64,000 bases of DNA, from NCBI GenBank assembly GCA_026026165.1, contig JAPEUD010000046.1:124001-188000 (forward strand). The letters are read 5' to 3'. This document shows, piece after piece, positions 11,914 to 24,119 of the stretch; positions within the stretch are counted from its first letter, which is position 1, and every line of letters begins with the position of its first letter. The stretch comes from Sarea resinae (taxonomy: Eukaryota). The translations under genes and the position numbers were made by a program. The notes beneath the pieces were generated by a model, which saw only the letters and a program-made list of their open reading frames with translations, was not told the DNA's origin and made no database searches.

Positions 11914-12775
11914 TCACTCAGCCAAGAATCCCACCAGCCCTACCAGTCTGCTCATGTCGTTTGCATAATCCGCAGCCTTTAGGTGATCTGACGGACGAAT
12001 CCTCGCTTCCGAAACAGGCTTGGGGTACAGCAGGCCTTGGGCAGAGTCCCATTTCCAGCCTTGTTTCACGAGAAGCTCGATCATCTCTTGCTGAGTCGAG
12101 GGGTCCCCTCTGGCCGTTGCCGCCTCGGAGTCGTTTTGAGAAAATGAGAATCCCAGATACCTGGCTGCATCAATAGGAGAGATTGAACTGTAGAGGCTGC
12201 TAATGTTCTTGAGGGTGGCCCCACGGAAATGGTCTGCAGGTTCAATATGTCAGGCTAGTGATCTTTGGATAGTGTAGATAGTCTCTAAGATAGTGGGAAG
12301 ATAGTACCAAAGTATCTGGATATGAGAGGCTGAAGCGGTTCGGGCCACGATGTTCGTCGGAGAATGGAATAAACAAGGGTATGTTCGTCGTTGTAGACCG
12401 CACGCAGAAGGTTCTTGGCGTTGACGAGGGTTTCATCTGTGTCTTGCAGCGTTGGCGGAGAGCGGTGTGTCAGGAAGCGTGCTTCTTCACTGTAGATATC
12501 CCAGTCAGTCGTGGAACATAATGAACGGCCAGAGAGCTCCTGCTGGCGGATCGCCACTGGAGGACGTACAGTTCATCGCAGAGCATGAGCGCAAGTTGAT
12601 AGCTTGCGAAGAAGGCGCTCAGCAAGACCGGATCCCCAGAGACGGCCGTATCGCTGTACTGGAGGGCCACTTGAGCCTCGTAGGCTTCAAAGATGTCGAG
12701 CACTTGGTCGGCGGGAGCCCCGGCCGTCCATATCGAGTTCAGAGCCGTGAGCCCGTGCAGTGAGAGAGCCTCCAT
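11914..12775 (-). CDS. CSN8: COP9 signalosome subunit 8 (CSN8/CsnH-like), 3 exons
   Basis: Spliced reading MEALSLHGL...LLSAFFASYQLALMLCDEL / EEARFLTHRSP...LLRAVYNDEHTLVYSILRRTSWPEPLQPLISRY / HFRGATLKNISSLYSSISPIDAARYLG...GWKWDSAQGLLYPKP..LVGLVGFLAE*; matches my recollection of the fungal CSN8 PCI pattern; last exon missed by the ORF track. Confidence 0.8.
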
Positions 12776-13196
12776 GGCTCTCGGATTGCTCGTTGGATCG
12801 TCGTGTCCGACACCCGAGTAGGCTTCAATCGACAATCGAAAACAAGCGGGTTGGACGAGGGTCTGTTGATGTTCTCTGCCGTTTCACGGCTGACCAATTC
12901 ACGCCCGGTTGCCCTCCCTTGAGACGTCTGCCGTTGAATGTTTCGATCACGGCCTCATGGCTCAGGGCTGTCATGCATGCAGTTATTCACCGGCCACCGG
13001 AGAGGGTGGAGCAATGGATCCGGCTGACGTAGCGATCACTACGGTGGGCGTCGACGTCGAAAGGGAAAGGGACCAAGGGCACGGCCTTGGCGAATGTTGT
13101 GAACACCTTGGAGCTTTCAGTCCGATGCGAACTCGAAATCAGACCTGAACTTCAGCTCTCCATCCTTTCTTTCCTTCATTCTTTCCACGGCCAAGC

Positions 13197-15806
13197 ATGG
13201 CGGAAACGGCATTGGATCCCTTCTTGAAGGGCAACACCGGCCGGAACACCAGAGGCCTTCTTCGCCTGATTATTCTTTGCACCATCGCCGCCGCTGCTAT
13301 TGCAAGTCGCTTGTTCAGTGTTATAAGTACGTCCGCGTCAGCTCCTTGAATGCGATCAGAGGGGCAATCGCCATGCCCGACCGCCCAGCGGCTTCCTCTG
13401 CGCTGCTCCGGAGACATCTCATGTCGTGGATGCTAATTGATTGATGACATTAGGATTTGAGAGTATTATTCACGAATGTCAGTATTGCCCTGAAGCCCCC
13501 TCGGAGAACAACCAGCTCATTCTTTGACTAGTCGACCCTTGGTTCAATTTCAGAGCCACGAAATATCTTGTCAAGCACGGCTTCTATAGCTTCTGGGATT
13601 GGTTTGATGATCGTAAGCTACCCCTCATGCGCGGGTCGATGGCCCTGCCCCGAAGAATGACGGCTGATCATTGATGTACTAGGAACATGGCATCCTCTCG
13701 GACGTGTCACTGGAGGCACGTTGTACCCTGGCCTCATGGTCACCAGCGGAGTAATTTATCATATCCTGCGCTTGCTGGCGATTCCGGTTGATATCCGAAA
13801 CATCTGTGTGCTTCTTGCGCCCGCCTTCTCCGGTCTCACGGCTTATGCTACGTATCTTCTCACCTCCGAGATGTCCACGTCGCCATCGGCAGGTCTCCTT
13901 GCGGCGGTCTTCATGGGAATCTCCCCCGGCTATATCTCCAGATCGGTTGCAGGAAGCTACGACAATGAGGCTATTGCCATCTTCCTTCTCGTCTTCACCT
14001 TCTACCTATGGATCAAATCCGTCAAGGAGGGTTCTGCATTTTGGGCTGCATTAACTGCCCTATTCTATGGCTACATGGTGTCAGCCTGGGGTGGTTACGT
14101 TTTCATCACTAATCTGCTACCGCTGCATGCCTTTGTGCTCATCGCCATGGGGAGATATAGCCCCCGGCTTTATGTTAGCTACACTACTTGGTATGCTCTG
14201 GGCACTCTAGCCAGCATGCAGATTCCGTTCGTCGGTTTCTCGCCCATCAGGAGTAGTGAGCATATGGCGGCCTTAGGTGAGCCCCACTGTTTCGGCTGTA
14301 CACTCTTGATGTGCTAACCGTGTCATAGGCGTCTTTGGCCTCTTGCAGATTGTTGGCTTTGTAGACTTCGTGCGCCAACAGCTTCCTAGCAGACAGTTCC
14401 AGACTCTTCTGAGAGGTCTTGTGCTTGCCATCTTTGTTGTTTCCCTGGGTGGTCTCGTTCTCCTCACTTTCACAGGCGTCATTGCTCCATGGACTGGACG
14501 TTTCTACTCTCTGTGGGATACCGGCTACGCAAAGATTCATATCCCCATCATTGCTTCGGTATCCGAACATCAACCTACTGCCTGGCCAGCGTTCTTCTTC
14601 GACTTGAACTTTATGATCTGGCTTTTCCCAGCCGGAGTCTATATGTGCTTCCGCAACCTCAAGGATGAACATGTCTTCATCATCATCTACGCGGTTCTTG
14701 CCAGCTACTTTGCTGGCGTCATGGTTCGGCTGATGTTGACTCTGACGCCAATTGTCTGCGTTGCTGCTGCGATGGCCCTGTCTTCTATCCTCGACACCTA
14801 CCTCGTGATTGAATCTCCGCCTGCGGAAAATGCCAATGGGCACGCTGAAGGGGATGCCGTCAAGGCTGCTGCGGCAGCTGTGCCGACTTCTCTGCGATCC
14901 ACACGAAGCCCGCTCGTGGGGGTCTATTCGAAGATGAGCAAGGTTTCGATTGTCAGTGTTGTTACAACCTACCTTCTCCTCTTTGTGTTGCACTGTACTT
15001 GGGTCACATCAAACGCCTACTCTTCTCCATCCGTTGTTCTGGCGAGCCGATTGCCCGATGGTAGCCAGCATATCATCGACGATTATCGGGAAGCGTACTA
15101 TTGGCTACGGCAAAACACCGAGAACAATGCCAAGATCATGTCTTGGTGGGATTATGGTTATCAAATTGGTGGCATGGCTGACCGGCCCACTCTTGTTGAC
15201 AATAACACATGGAACAACACCCACATTGCCACCGTTGGCAAAGCGATGAGTTCAACTGAAGAGGTCAGCTATCCGATCCTGAGAGAGCATGATGTCGACT
15301 ACATCCTCGTGGTGTTTGGAGGTCTCTTGGGCTACTCTGGAGACGATATCAACAAGTTCTTGTGGATGGTGAGGATTGCCGAGGGTATCTGGCCCGATGA
15401 GATCAAGGAAAGGGACTATTTCACCGCGCGAGGAGAATACCGAATCGACAATGAGGCTACTCCCACGATGAGGAACAGTCTTATGTAAGTTTCCCTGCGA
15501 GGATCTGATTGAGACATTGCTGATCCCGTCTGCAGGTACAAAATGTCTTACTACAACTACAACTCGCTGTTCCCGGCCGGCCAAGCGACCGATCGGGTTC
15601 GCGGTGCGACCTTGCCCGCTGAAGGTCCACAGCTGAGTACGATCGAAGAGGCTTTTACCAGTGAGAACTGGATCATCCGGATCTACAAGGTCAAAGACTT
15701 GGACAACGTTGGCCGTGACCACGCCAGTGCAACGTCCTTTGAGAAGGGACACAAGAAGAAGAAGGCGATGAGACGGAGAGGACCACGTGTTCTGCGGGCG
15801 GAATAG
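13197..15806 (+). CDS. STT3: Oligosaccharyltransferase catalytic subunit STT3 (6 exons)
   Basis: Exons 13197-13326, 13454-13477, 13532-13612, 13683-14276, 14329-15484, 15536-15806; motifs [50 protein letters not shown]. Confidence 0.97.
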
Positions 15807-16742
15807 AGGGGATTTCTCATGGGTTCTAGTCATCGAATGGAGTGTAAAACATTTTGTCAGTTAACGGGTGTGCATTGATAGAGCAAGTAGCTACAGTATC
15901 ACCTACCATTCCCGAGCTTCTGCTTAGCCGGCTGTAGTTGTGGTCGAAATCTCGCGACGTACCTTGAGCTCCCAGCAGGGTGATACATTGAAGGAAGGAG
16001 CAAAGGAATCAGGAAAGGAGGACGTGCAGGACAGTATCCTGATAGACGTTGAAAGCCACGCCAAACCATCAACTTACACCTTTACATCCGTAACCTCCCT
16101 ATCACTTTCAATCATTTCTTGAAGTTTTCGGTTTCCTTCACATTCATTAGACCTACACCTTTAGTCCGTTGTTTTATCCTACATTCCTTCACCGTTCATT
16201 CAATCACAATCTTCAAGATGAATTGACACACCAAGCTTGCCTTTCTCTGCAGACAGAAGTTCGTTCACTGTCACGCGTGTTTGTTGTCATCAACAGAGTA
16301 GAGCATCTATCAATCGCGTTCATTTCACCGCATGGTTTTTCTTTCTGAAATGTCTGACGGTACTGCTCGACCGCCTCATGCACGGACTTCTATTCTGCGA
16401 GCAGACAGTCAGTTTCCTGGGCAGGGTGGCGTGGCCAAGGCTCCGCAAGCATCTGCTTCAGCACCACCACAGGGCCGTCGATACCAAGGGTAAGCATCTT
16501 TGTGTGCTGTTCGGTTTGTGGGACATGGGAGCATTCACTGAAGGTAATCTACCAGTGCACATCCTATTCTTTCTCGCCCTGCAGAACGCGGCAGAGCTTG
16601 CGGGAAAGCATACGCCGCTTTTGACCAGAAAGCAAAGAAACCGGTTTTGATTCGCACAAGGCAGTCGCCAGGAGCTTTCAACAGAGCTGACAATCGGCAT
16701 CGAGCTTGGCCAGCTTCCGACCGTCAACCAAATCCTCACGCC

Positions 16743-18467
16743 ATGTCTTTCCCGTTCCAGTATCACCCACATTACCCGCCGACGGAGCCACCTTGGTCTC
16801 CGATCCAGGCAATGTCGATCCAACCATACCTTCCTTCGGCTTCTGTCCAAGCGGTCCACGGGTCAGTATCGCAGCAATTGTCTGCGCCTCCACCCGCCTA
16901 TCCTGGAGCAAATTACAGTTCAAGACACGGCCATGTTTACGCTCAGCATACCTGTATAGCTTGCGGTGTCATTCGCTCGTCGCGGTATCATCACACTCAT
17001 CCTGTCGCCCCGGGCAACATCCCAGCTCCGGCCATGTGTCGAAAATGCAGGAACAAACGCACATCCAGCGAGGAGCGCAAGCACTCATACAGCGAACAGC
17101 GCAGTCACACGATAGGTGAACAATATGCTCTCAGAGATCAGCCGAAACGCCATCGCCGGCATCTTCGAAAAGGTGGATTAGACGGAAGCGTTCAGATCAA
17201 CATATCCAAGGCTCTCGAAGATAGCTCCTCCTCTTCCAGCAGCGACGAAAGTGAAGAGGAATATTCCAGATACATGCGCTACGACCGTCGTGGCAGATCT
17301 GGTTCGCGCTCGTCATTTCGCAGCTTCTCACGCTCCAGGTCCCGAAGTCGAGGCGGTCTCATGCGCCTGGACTATGATTCCTCCGCCGATCACTTCCCAC
17401 GCAGTCGCCACCGCTCTCGCTCCCGCACCCGCATTGATATCGAATCCGACGACGAATTTCGGCGTTCAAGAAGTCGATGTCGTTCCCGCGTGAGCGTTGA
17501 CCTCAGGCGGCCATCGCGCAGTCAAAGTCGAAGCCGTTCTCGTCTTCACGTCGACTACGGCTCCGAGGCCGCGCCCCGTTTTGGCCGCCGCGTCAGCTTC
17601 GACTCGGATAGGAGTCCGCACAGCAGGAGTGTGTCCCGCAGTCGCATCACCATTGACTCTGAAAATGAAGACCCGTATCATCATCGCCGAGGACGTAGCC
17701 GAAGCCGCGTTCGCGTGGATCTTGAATCCGATGGCGGCAGGCGCTCACCAAGGAACACCGTCTACGTGATCGATCGGCCCGAGAGAAAGCATCATGAATC
17801 TCCATACGAAGAGAGCAGTTTCCGCCGGTATTACTCACGGTCCGAGAGTGTCGGTCGTCCTGGCTTGTTTCGGAGACGATCGAGTCGGCGGAAAGAGGAG
17901 GATTTTGAGGAGGCCTTCTCGTCAAGGGGCAAGAGGCGGAGATTCAGTCGTGCCAGGAGGCTCATTGCGGCGCATCCTAGAGCGTATCGATATGGTAGGT
18001 TTGATGGCGTTGACGGGCTGGATGAGGGTGCATATGGGTATGAGGTGGGTGAAGCGTCTCAGCAGGATCGATACCGAGATCTTCCTTCGCCGTCGGATGC
18101 TCGTGCACTCCCTGCATCTGGAAGAGAGCTCGTCCAAAACGACCTGAGGTCTGGAATTGGTTCGGCTGTTCAGGTCCGGTACTTGCGTGCCCCTCTCCGT
18201 GGCGCCAACATCGATGGCGATGGCGGTCATGATGCCGCGACTGAGGAAGACAATACGGTTTGTAATCCTACCCTTTATGCTTTTTTGAAGATCAAATCTG
18301 AGTCGAAAACAGGGCAAGGGAATGGAGAGGCGTCGACTGGCGTACGACGAGATGATCTTGCACGGCTATCGTATCGTGTCAGCCCCCCCGCTGCGTCGTG
18401 TCGCTGGTTTCCCTTCCGCCGCGAGCCCTGGAGCTGGAGCTGCTGCCATAGCGACACGGGAACATGA
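16743..18467 (+). CDS. Hypothetical Arg/Ser-rich protein with N-terminal CxxC...CxxC motif
   Basis: 606-codon open frame; CIACG..RSSRYH..HP.....P.PAMCRKC motif followed by many RS dipeptide tracts; possible upstream exon (ATG 16350, donor 16490) and possible late intron at about 18258-18312, so both ends are uncertain. Confidence 0.65.
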   Translation: MSFPFQYHPHYPPTEPPWSPIQAMSIQPYLPSASVQAVHGSVSQQLSAPPPAYPGANYSSRHGHVYAQHTCIACGVIRSSRYHHTHPVAPGNIPAPAMCRKCRNKRTSSEERKHSYSEQRSHTIGEQYALRDQPKRHRRHLRKGGLDGSVQINISKALEDSSSSSSSDESEEEYSRYMRYDRRGRSGSRSSFRSFSRSRSRSRGGLMRLDYDSSADHFPRSRHRSRSRTRIDIESDDEFRRSRSRCRSRVSVDLRRPSRSQSRSRSRLHVDYGSEAAPRFGRRVSFDSDRSPHSRSVSRSRITIDSENEDPYHHRRGRSRSRVRVDLESDGGRRSPRNTVYVIDRPERKHHESPYEESSFRRYYSRSESVGRPGLFRRRSSRRKEEDFEEAFSSRGKRRRFSRARRLIAAHPRAYRYGRFDGVDGLDEGAYGYEVGEASQQDRYRDLPSPSDARALPASGRELVQNDLRSGIGSAVQVRYLRAPLRGANIDGDGGHDAATEEDNTVCNPTLYAFLKIKSESKTGQGNGEASTGVRRDDLARLSYRVSPPAASCRWFPFRREPWSWSCCHSDTGT

Positions 18468-18989
18468 ACGCTAATGGCTGTGCTGTGTGATGACAGCCTT
18501 GTCTCTCGGTTGACTACCGTCTTTTACCATCCTTTTGTTCCAATCCAGCGGCCATCACTGACCACCGAAGAAGACTGAAAGTAGGGATTGGATACCGTGG
18601 ATGCTGTCTGGGACTCTCTCTGTCTGTTGTCTGTCTACAGGACATACATCACCCTAGATAATGCGCGTGTGTGGGATATGGGATGTAGATTTTATTAGAT
18701 TAGAATGGAAATGGATTGAATGCAAAAACAATGATGTCAAGAACTTTGAATTGCTGTTACCGTCGTCCGTCGTCGGTGCCATCATCATTGATCGTCATCG
18801 TCGTCGTCGTAGCCATCGCCATCGCCATCGTCGTTGATATTGTTGTCATCGTTGTCAAGGGCACCTCAATCTCCGCCGCACCTCCGCCCCTATACGTCTT
18901 TTCTTCTCTAGAGTCTCTAGAGTCTCTAGATTCTCTGAATTCTCTAGATATCCAGTCGATGGATTTATCTGTTGGTTGGATTACGATAC

Positions 18990-19860
18990 TATAACGGACA
19001 CGGGAAGATACATAAGATAGATAGATAAGGAACTAGTAGGTCATTAAGTAAAATAGTAGAGTAGGGTAGTAGTAGAACAAGGTAGGTAGGCAAGGAGACA
19101 GAGTAGTAACAGGAGCAGAAGATAAGATAAGAGCACTAGAGCACTAGAATCCTAGCGTCCTAGAATCCTATATACTAATATTACTCTAGAGATATAAAAC
19201 CTACCTCTAATAATATAACTAATTAACCTAATACAAGCTAATTTATACTCTCTCTCTCTCTCTCTTCTTCTCTCTTTATAAATACAAAACCCTCTTATAT
19301 AGAAAGAATAATAGGACCTAAAGTTATAAAACACCTAGACTTTTATTATAAGGTAGGCTTATGCTTTACACTAATATAGCTAAAAAAGAAGAAAGAAGAA
19401 GAGAGTAGAAGAGAGAGTGTTTCTACACTAAACAAAGCTCTACTACCTTAGATAGGTGACTAGTGCTAGCACTAGTACTAGTACTATTATAGATGTAATA
19501 TCTTCTTACCTATCTTCTAGGCTTAGGTACTTTATCTTTCTAGACCTTATAGTATAGTAGATCTGTTCTAGTCTAGCCTAGGTTGTTTAAGGTTAAGTAG
19601 GTAAGGTAGGTAGTCTAAGGTAGCTATTATCAAGTAAGATTGTTATGTTTTACTTACTATATCTCTATAGGAATAATAATAGTATCTTTTACCTAGAGAG
19701 AGAGAGAGAGAGGCACTTATATTAACTATACCAATACAAGGAGCGCTGCGCTATAATACTAGGCAAATACGCTAAACCAAACGAGCCGGATTATAGTAGT
19801 CTTTTTGGCGCACGGAGGAACGGCTTTGCCTATTTACTATACCTTATACCTTACACTGAT
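18990..19860. mobile_element. AT-rich, RIP-like degenerate sequence (probable transposon/repeat relic)
   Basis: Sharp drop in GC, very frequent TpA/CTAG/TAG and scarce CpA/TpG, no intact ORF; family not identifiable. Confidence 0.55.
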
Positions 19861-22800
19861 AAAAAGAGTAGAAGACTCTATATCCTCGTGATTTTGCATC
19901 ACTTAACAGTATACAAATGTCTGAATCACCAGACACCTCGTCCGAACCCAAGCCGTTTAACCAGCTCAAGCAAGTTCTATCCGAAATGCAGCGGCTAGTC
20001 CTTCCCCGAATCTCCTCGAGATCCTAATCTGGCCCGAAGGCCAAAGGTGAAAGCCAATTCTCCGGCACTGCGCATGTGGATGAGCGCAGCTTGTCTAGAG
20101 TTTGGTGTCCAAAGAAATAGCTCATCCCGGACCCCCTTGTGCGGACTGGGCATCTTCCCAACACGAAGGAAGGGCGCGATGATGTTACCGCCGGAAAGAC
20201 CGACCACCGTCCTCAAGGTAGGTATGTAGGTAGTTTTGAGTAAACTGTGTCGTGCCGCCAAAGGGAAGAAAATGCATGGGAAAGGCTTCCATGGGGGTCC
20301 ACGGACAGGACCCAAGCGTCCCATAACGCATGCGCATTATTGCTTAGCAGCATCCTATGCTGCATCGAGTTGATCCCCGATTGACTCATTCTCTTGCCGG
20401 TCGGTAAACATTCGGGTGGAATCCCTTTTGGACAAATATATCCTCTCTCCGGCGATTGGGAAGTCGTGAGCCGCTTGCCCTAACTCCCACTCGTCATCAT
20501 CATCATCACTATCCTCGGCCCCTGCATTGGCGAAAACGGTGCCACACACAGCGGGGCGAATCTCCCTGCCGGCTTCCATGTTGGAAAAGACGGATCTATG
20601 GAGATAGTCCGGATCTCACGCGCATATGGGCAACTTGATCGTCGATACAAATCCGACCTAGAAATCATGTGAGTGAACTCTGTTCCATCGAGATCTCGAA
20701 ATTGAAAATCCGGATATCACCTTCTTGGGCTTGCGGCTTGTCCAACTGTCTGAACCAAAAGGAAGCGCTCCCCTAAGGAGCTTTCGTCCGTTCGGGTGCT
20801 ACATATCCGATTCCCACACGATTTGACATCGTAGTCGTTCTCCAGCCGGCCGACATCTTCTTCCCATTGGGTTGTCACTGGGGTGAATGGACCCCATTCA
20901 ACCATTCAATCGCCCGGTTCTTGCCTTGCTCATTCGATGTCATCATACGCGTCCGACCCTTCATCTCAGCCAGAATACCTTACCTAGGTACCTACCATTA
21001 TCTACCACACCTACACAGTACGCAGAAAAGAAGCCGTGAACAGGAAATGATCCGTGGAGCTTTCAGTCCGCCGAGCAAGTCAGTCTTGATTGAGGCTGGT
21101 CGTAATGGGTATACTCTTTCGTGTACAAGAGCGTGCGGGGCCCCGAGATCGATTGGCTACGTGCCATCTGCGTGGGAAGAGAAGGAAGGATTGACGAGAC
21201 ACTTCTGCGTTTGGGAGGATGGAATATTTGGAGGTTCTTTGGAGGGTTTGATGGCTACGGTTTTATGTTATTGCAGTTGCTTGCATTTACTTGAGGTACT
21301 GATTTTATTATTGTGGACATCTGGTTAGTGTTGTTGGTGTTGGCTTATTCAAGAGGGAGCTATGCCTGATGGGAAAATCGCCTTGGTAAAGTTGTACGGG
21401 TCTTATGTAAGTCTTATGTAAGGTAGTAGAGTAATAGAGTAGAGTAAATAGAGTAGAGTAAATAGAGTAAATAGAGTAGCGAAACAAATACGTATGAAGT
21501 CAAACAGTTATCCAAAGGACACGCAAAAATATAAAGATCTTATTATTCCACACTTTGCTTATTCAGAGTCTAGGTATCTAGGTGGCTTTCAGACAAAGCA
21601 TGCTTAATTCACCAAGGTAGTTGACGACCTATCACAATAATACGTTTCGTGTACTTGGATGCGGATGCAGCTGCAATAGGCAGTCACTAGCGGATCGTCT
21701 CGTCACCCAGCCAAGATCACAAGCCGGACGCAAACGGTGGACGCACGATGCAGGACTTTGGCGTCGAAGATGATCAGCTGCTCTGTTATATTCACTACCA
21801 CTACCGGGCGCCATGCCGTTGGTAGTAGACAACACAGGGGAACCCTGTCCACTGCGTTGGCCGTGCTTTTATCGATAAGCCCTCGGCCGCATCATCATGG
21901 GAATCAGCCCCAGCGGGCCACAAGATTGCCATGCGGGCCAAAGGCGAAAGGCGCAGGCAAAGGCAAAGGCGACAATGTAAACAGACTGAGAGTGATGACG
22001 AGTTGGAGAGCCAATTGAGAGGCTCAAGGGCATCCACGCTCATACATGTCATGCACACCTCGGCGGCATCCGAAAATCATAAATTCCTAATCGGACAACA
22101 CTTTCCTCTTCGGACGTTTCCGATGCTTGATATCGCACTCGTGGGTCTTCACAAGGCAGCCTTGCCAGACAACAAAAGGGCGGCCGAAGCAGGTCGTCGA
22201 TGAATGGCGATGGAACTTGATCACACGGATTCGCCATGTATGCCGTGCCGTCATACGTGTTCCATCCCGTCTCAACTCTTCGGTCCGTTGCGACATTGCG
22301 TCCGCTCGGTTTCATGCGGCACAGCGGCTTGGCCAGCAGACAAAACGACGTAATGTAATCGCAAGGCGAGCTTGGTGGATGGGTATTTGAGATATTGTAT
22401 ATCAGACGAACGCATGGGGACGGAATTGGCAAAGGTCCTCGCCAATCAACCGTCATCTCAGCCTTGACACAATGCATGCCTTTTATAGCTAGGATGCCTT
22501 GCGGCGTGTTTGCCAGTCCCTCATTCGGTCCACGAATTCCTGTCAAGCTGGTTCGCAAGAACAACCAGTGACAAGCTTAAAGCTGATATTACGAGCGGTG
22601 AAGCCTTTGAGAGCGGCCTTTTCGCGGCATTGACAGACTCGATCTAGTTAGGAGGTCAACAAAGCCAAGGCGTGTATAAATCTAGGCAGCCATGTATGCA
22701 GCCATGCATGCTTCCACAGACATGAACATCCTTCCAGAAACTCGGCCACCGATTGCGACGATTAAGCTCAATGAGACTAATGAATGTGACCGTTGAGGGC

Positions 22801-23084
22801 GGTGAGCCCACTGGGTGCGCCAGCCATCAAAGCATCAACTCCTTCGTAGTGCTGACGATGTGGGTTCCAGAGAGCGACAGCGCCCCATCACCAATTGGCC
22901 TATCCTCCAGACTGTGTGCGGCTCTGTAGGCCTGCTTTAAACCGTAAATTTCCGGTAACCAGAGTAGAAGCCCTTTATCGATCGAACACTTGGTGTGACC
23001 TGTTGCCGTGGCAGATTGCAAGATAAATACCCCTCTTCCTTCACTGTTTGACTCGGCAGATCTCTTTGAGAAAAAAAAAATCGT

Positions 23085-23798
23085 ATGTCTTCCTATGATA
23101 GGCCTGTTCTGCTGCTAATGGGAACAGATCGAACCACACAAACGTCTTTGGACCCTCTAGCGATGGCACATGAAAACGGGATCCAGGAGATCCTGGATCG
23201 AGACCGTTACCCGGAACGAAAGCGAACAATCTGTACCTGCCGCTGTTCCAAACGAGATTTTCTCTACAGCGGCGATAGCAATGACAATGACGACAAGGAA
23301 GGTCGCAAGCTGAATGCCGGCCACGAAGGAGCAGAAAGCTATCCATCGCTTGGACCCGCCCCTCAACCAACTTACTCGAGCGGACTCGAGCGGTCTCAGT
23401 CACCGAGTCCCGTCTTCGATGCGCTGACGTACGAAAGGGATACGAGCCCTGGCCTCGGTCTCTATCGCTTCGTGTGGGACTCATTCAATCGCATGGAGGA
23501 GATGAGCGGCACCGAACGCAGCGCAACCCCAGATTCTCTCATCGTCCATACGAGCGGAAGCAGCCACGAGGGCAGTCTGGCCAATTCGGGCTGCCTGAGT
23601 GTGCAAGGAGTCGACTCGGACGACAGCAGCACGCACATTGGCGCTTGGGCAGCTGACGCTGCTCCAAATTGTTTCCGTTCCTCTCCTCTACCCCGGACAG
23701 GGCCAATTCGGTACTCCCATCCGGTGTCGCTTGGAAAAGATGAAGATCCCAGTCAAGACGATGCGAGCGACGTCAGCGAGGAGGATGAAAGTGCCTAG
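23085..23798 (+). CDS. Hypothetical acidic/Ser-rich protein (237 aa)
   Basis: Long open frame with ATG and disordered-protein-like composition; no recognisable domain. Confidence 0.35.
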   Translation: MSSYDRPVLLLMGTDRTTQTSLDPLAMAHENGIQEILDRDRYPERKRTICTCRCSKRDFLYSGDSNDNDDKEGRKLNAGHEGAESYPSLGPAPQPTYSSGLERSQSPSPVFDALTYERDTSPGLGLYRFVWDSFNRMEEMSGTERSATPDSLIVHTSGSSHEGSLANSGCLSVQGVDSDDSSTHIGAWAADAAPNCFRSSPLPRTGPIRYSHPVSLGKDEDPSQDDASDVSEEDESA

Positions 23799-24119
23799 TT
23801 TGCGCGTCAGTATTTCAGAGGCGTCCGTAGCTCAATGATTCTATCTGCGGAGTTTGCTTCTCCTTAGATAGACTATGATGTCACCATTGGCGTTGATGGG
23901 ATCGGACACAAACAGAACGATCATGGTACAACGGGTTTCTGATATCTCTCGACTTATTTCTAACGCTGGGCTAACAACGCTCGGAGATCGAATCGACTGA
24001 ACAAGATTAACATTGTCCCCAATGCCGTGAACCATCACCCACGTGCAGATGTTAGCTGAAGAATGGCCTTGTGAAACGTGCCAATGCAAATGCCAACAGC
24101 AGAGTGTCATGTTCGCCCG

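Noticed and set aside
20480..20905. Two in-frame minus-strand ORFs separated by a single TGA (possible pseudogene or readthrough)
   Set aside because: No recognisable protein family or codon bias; could arise by chance. A tBLASTx hit would be needed
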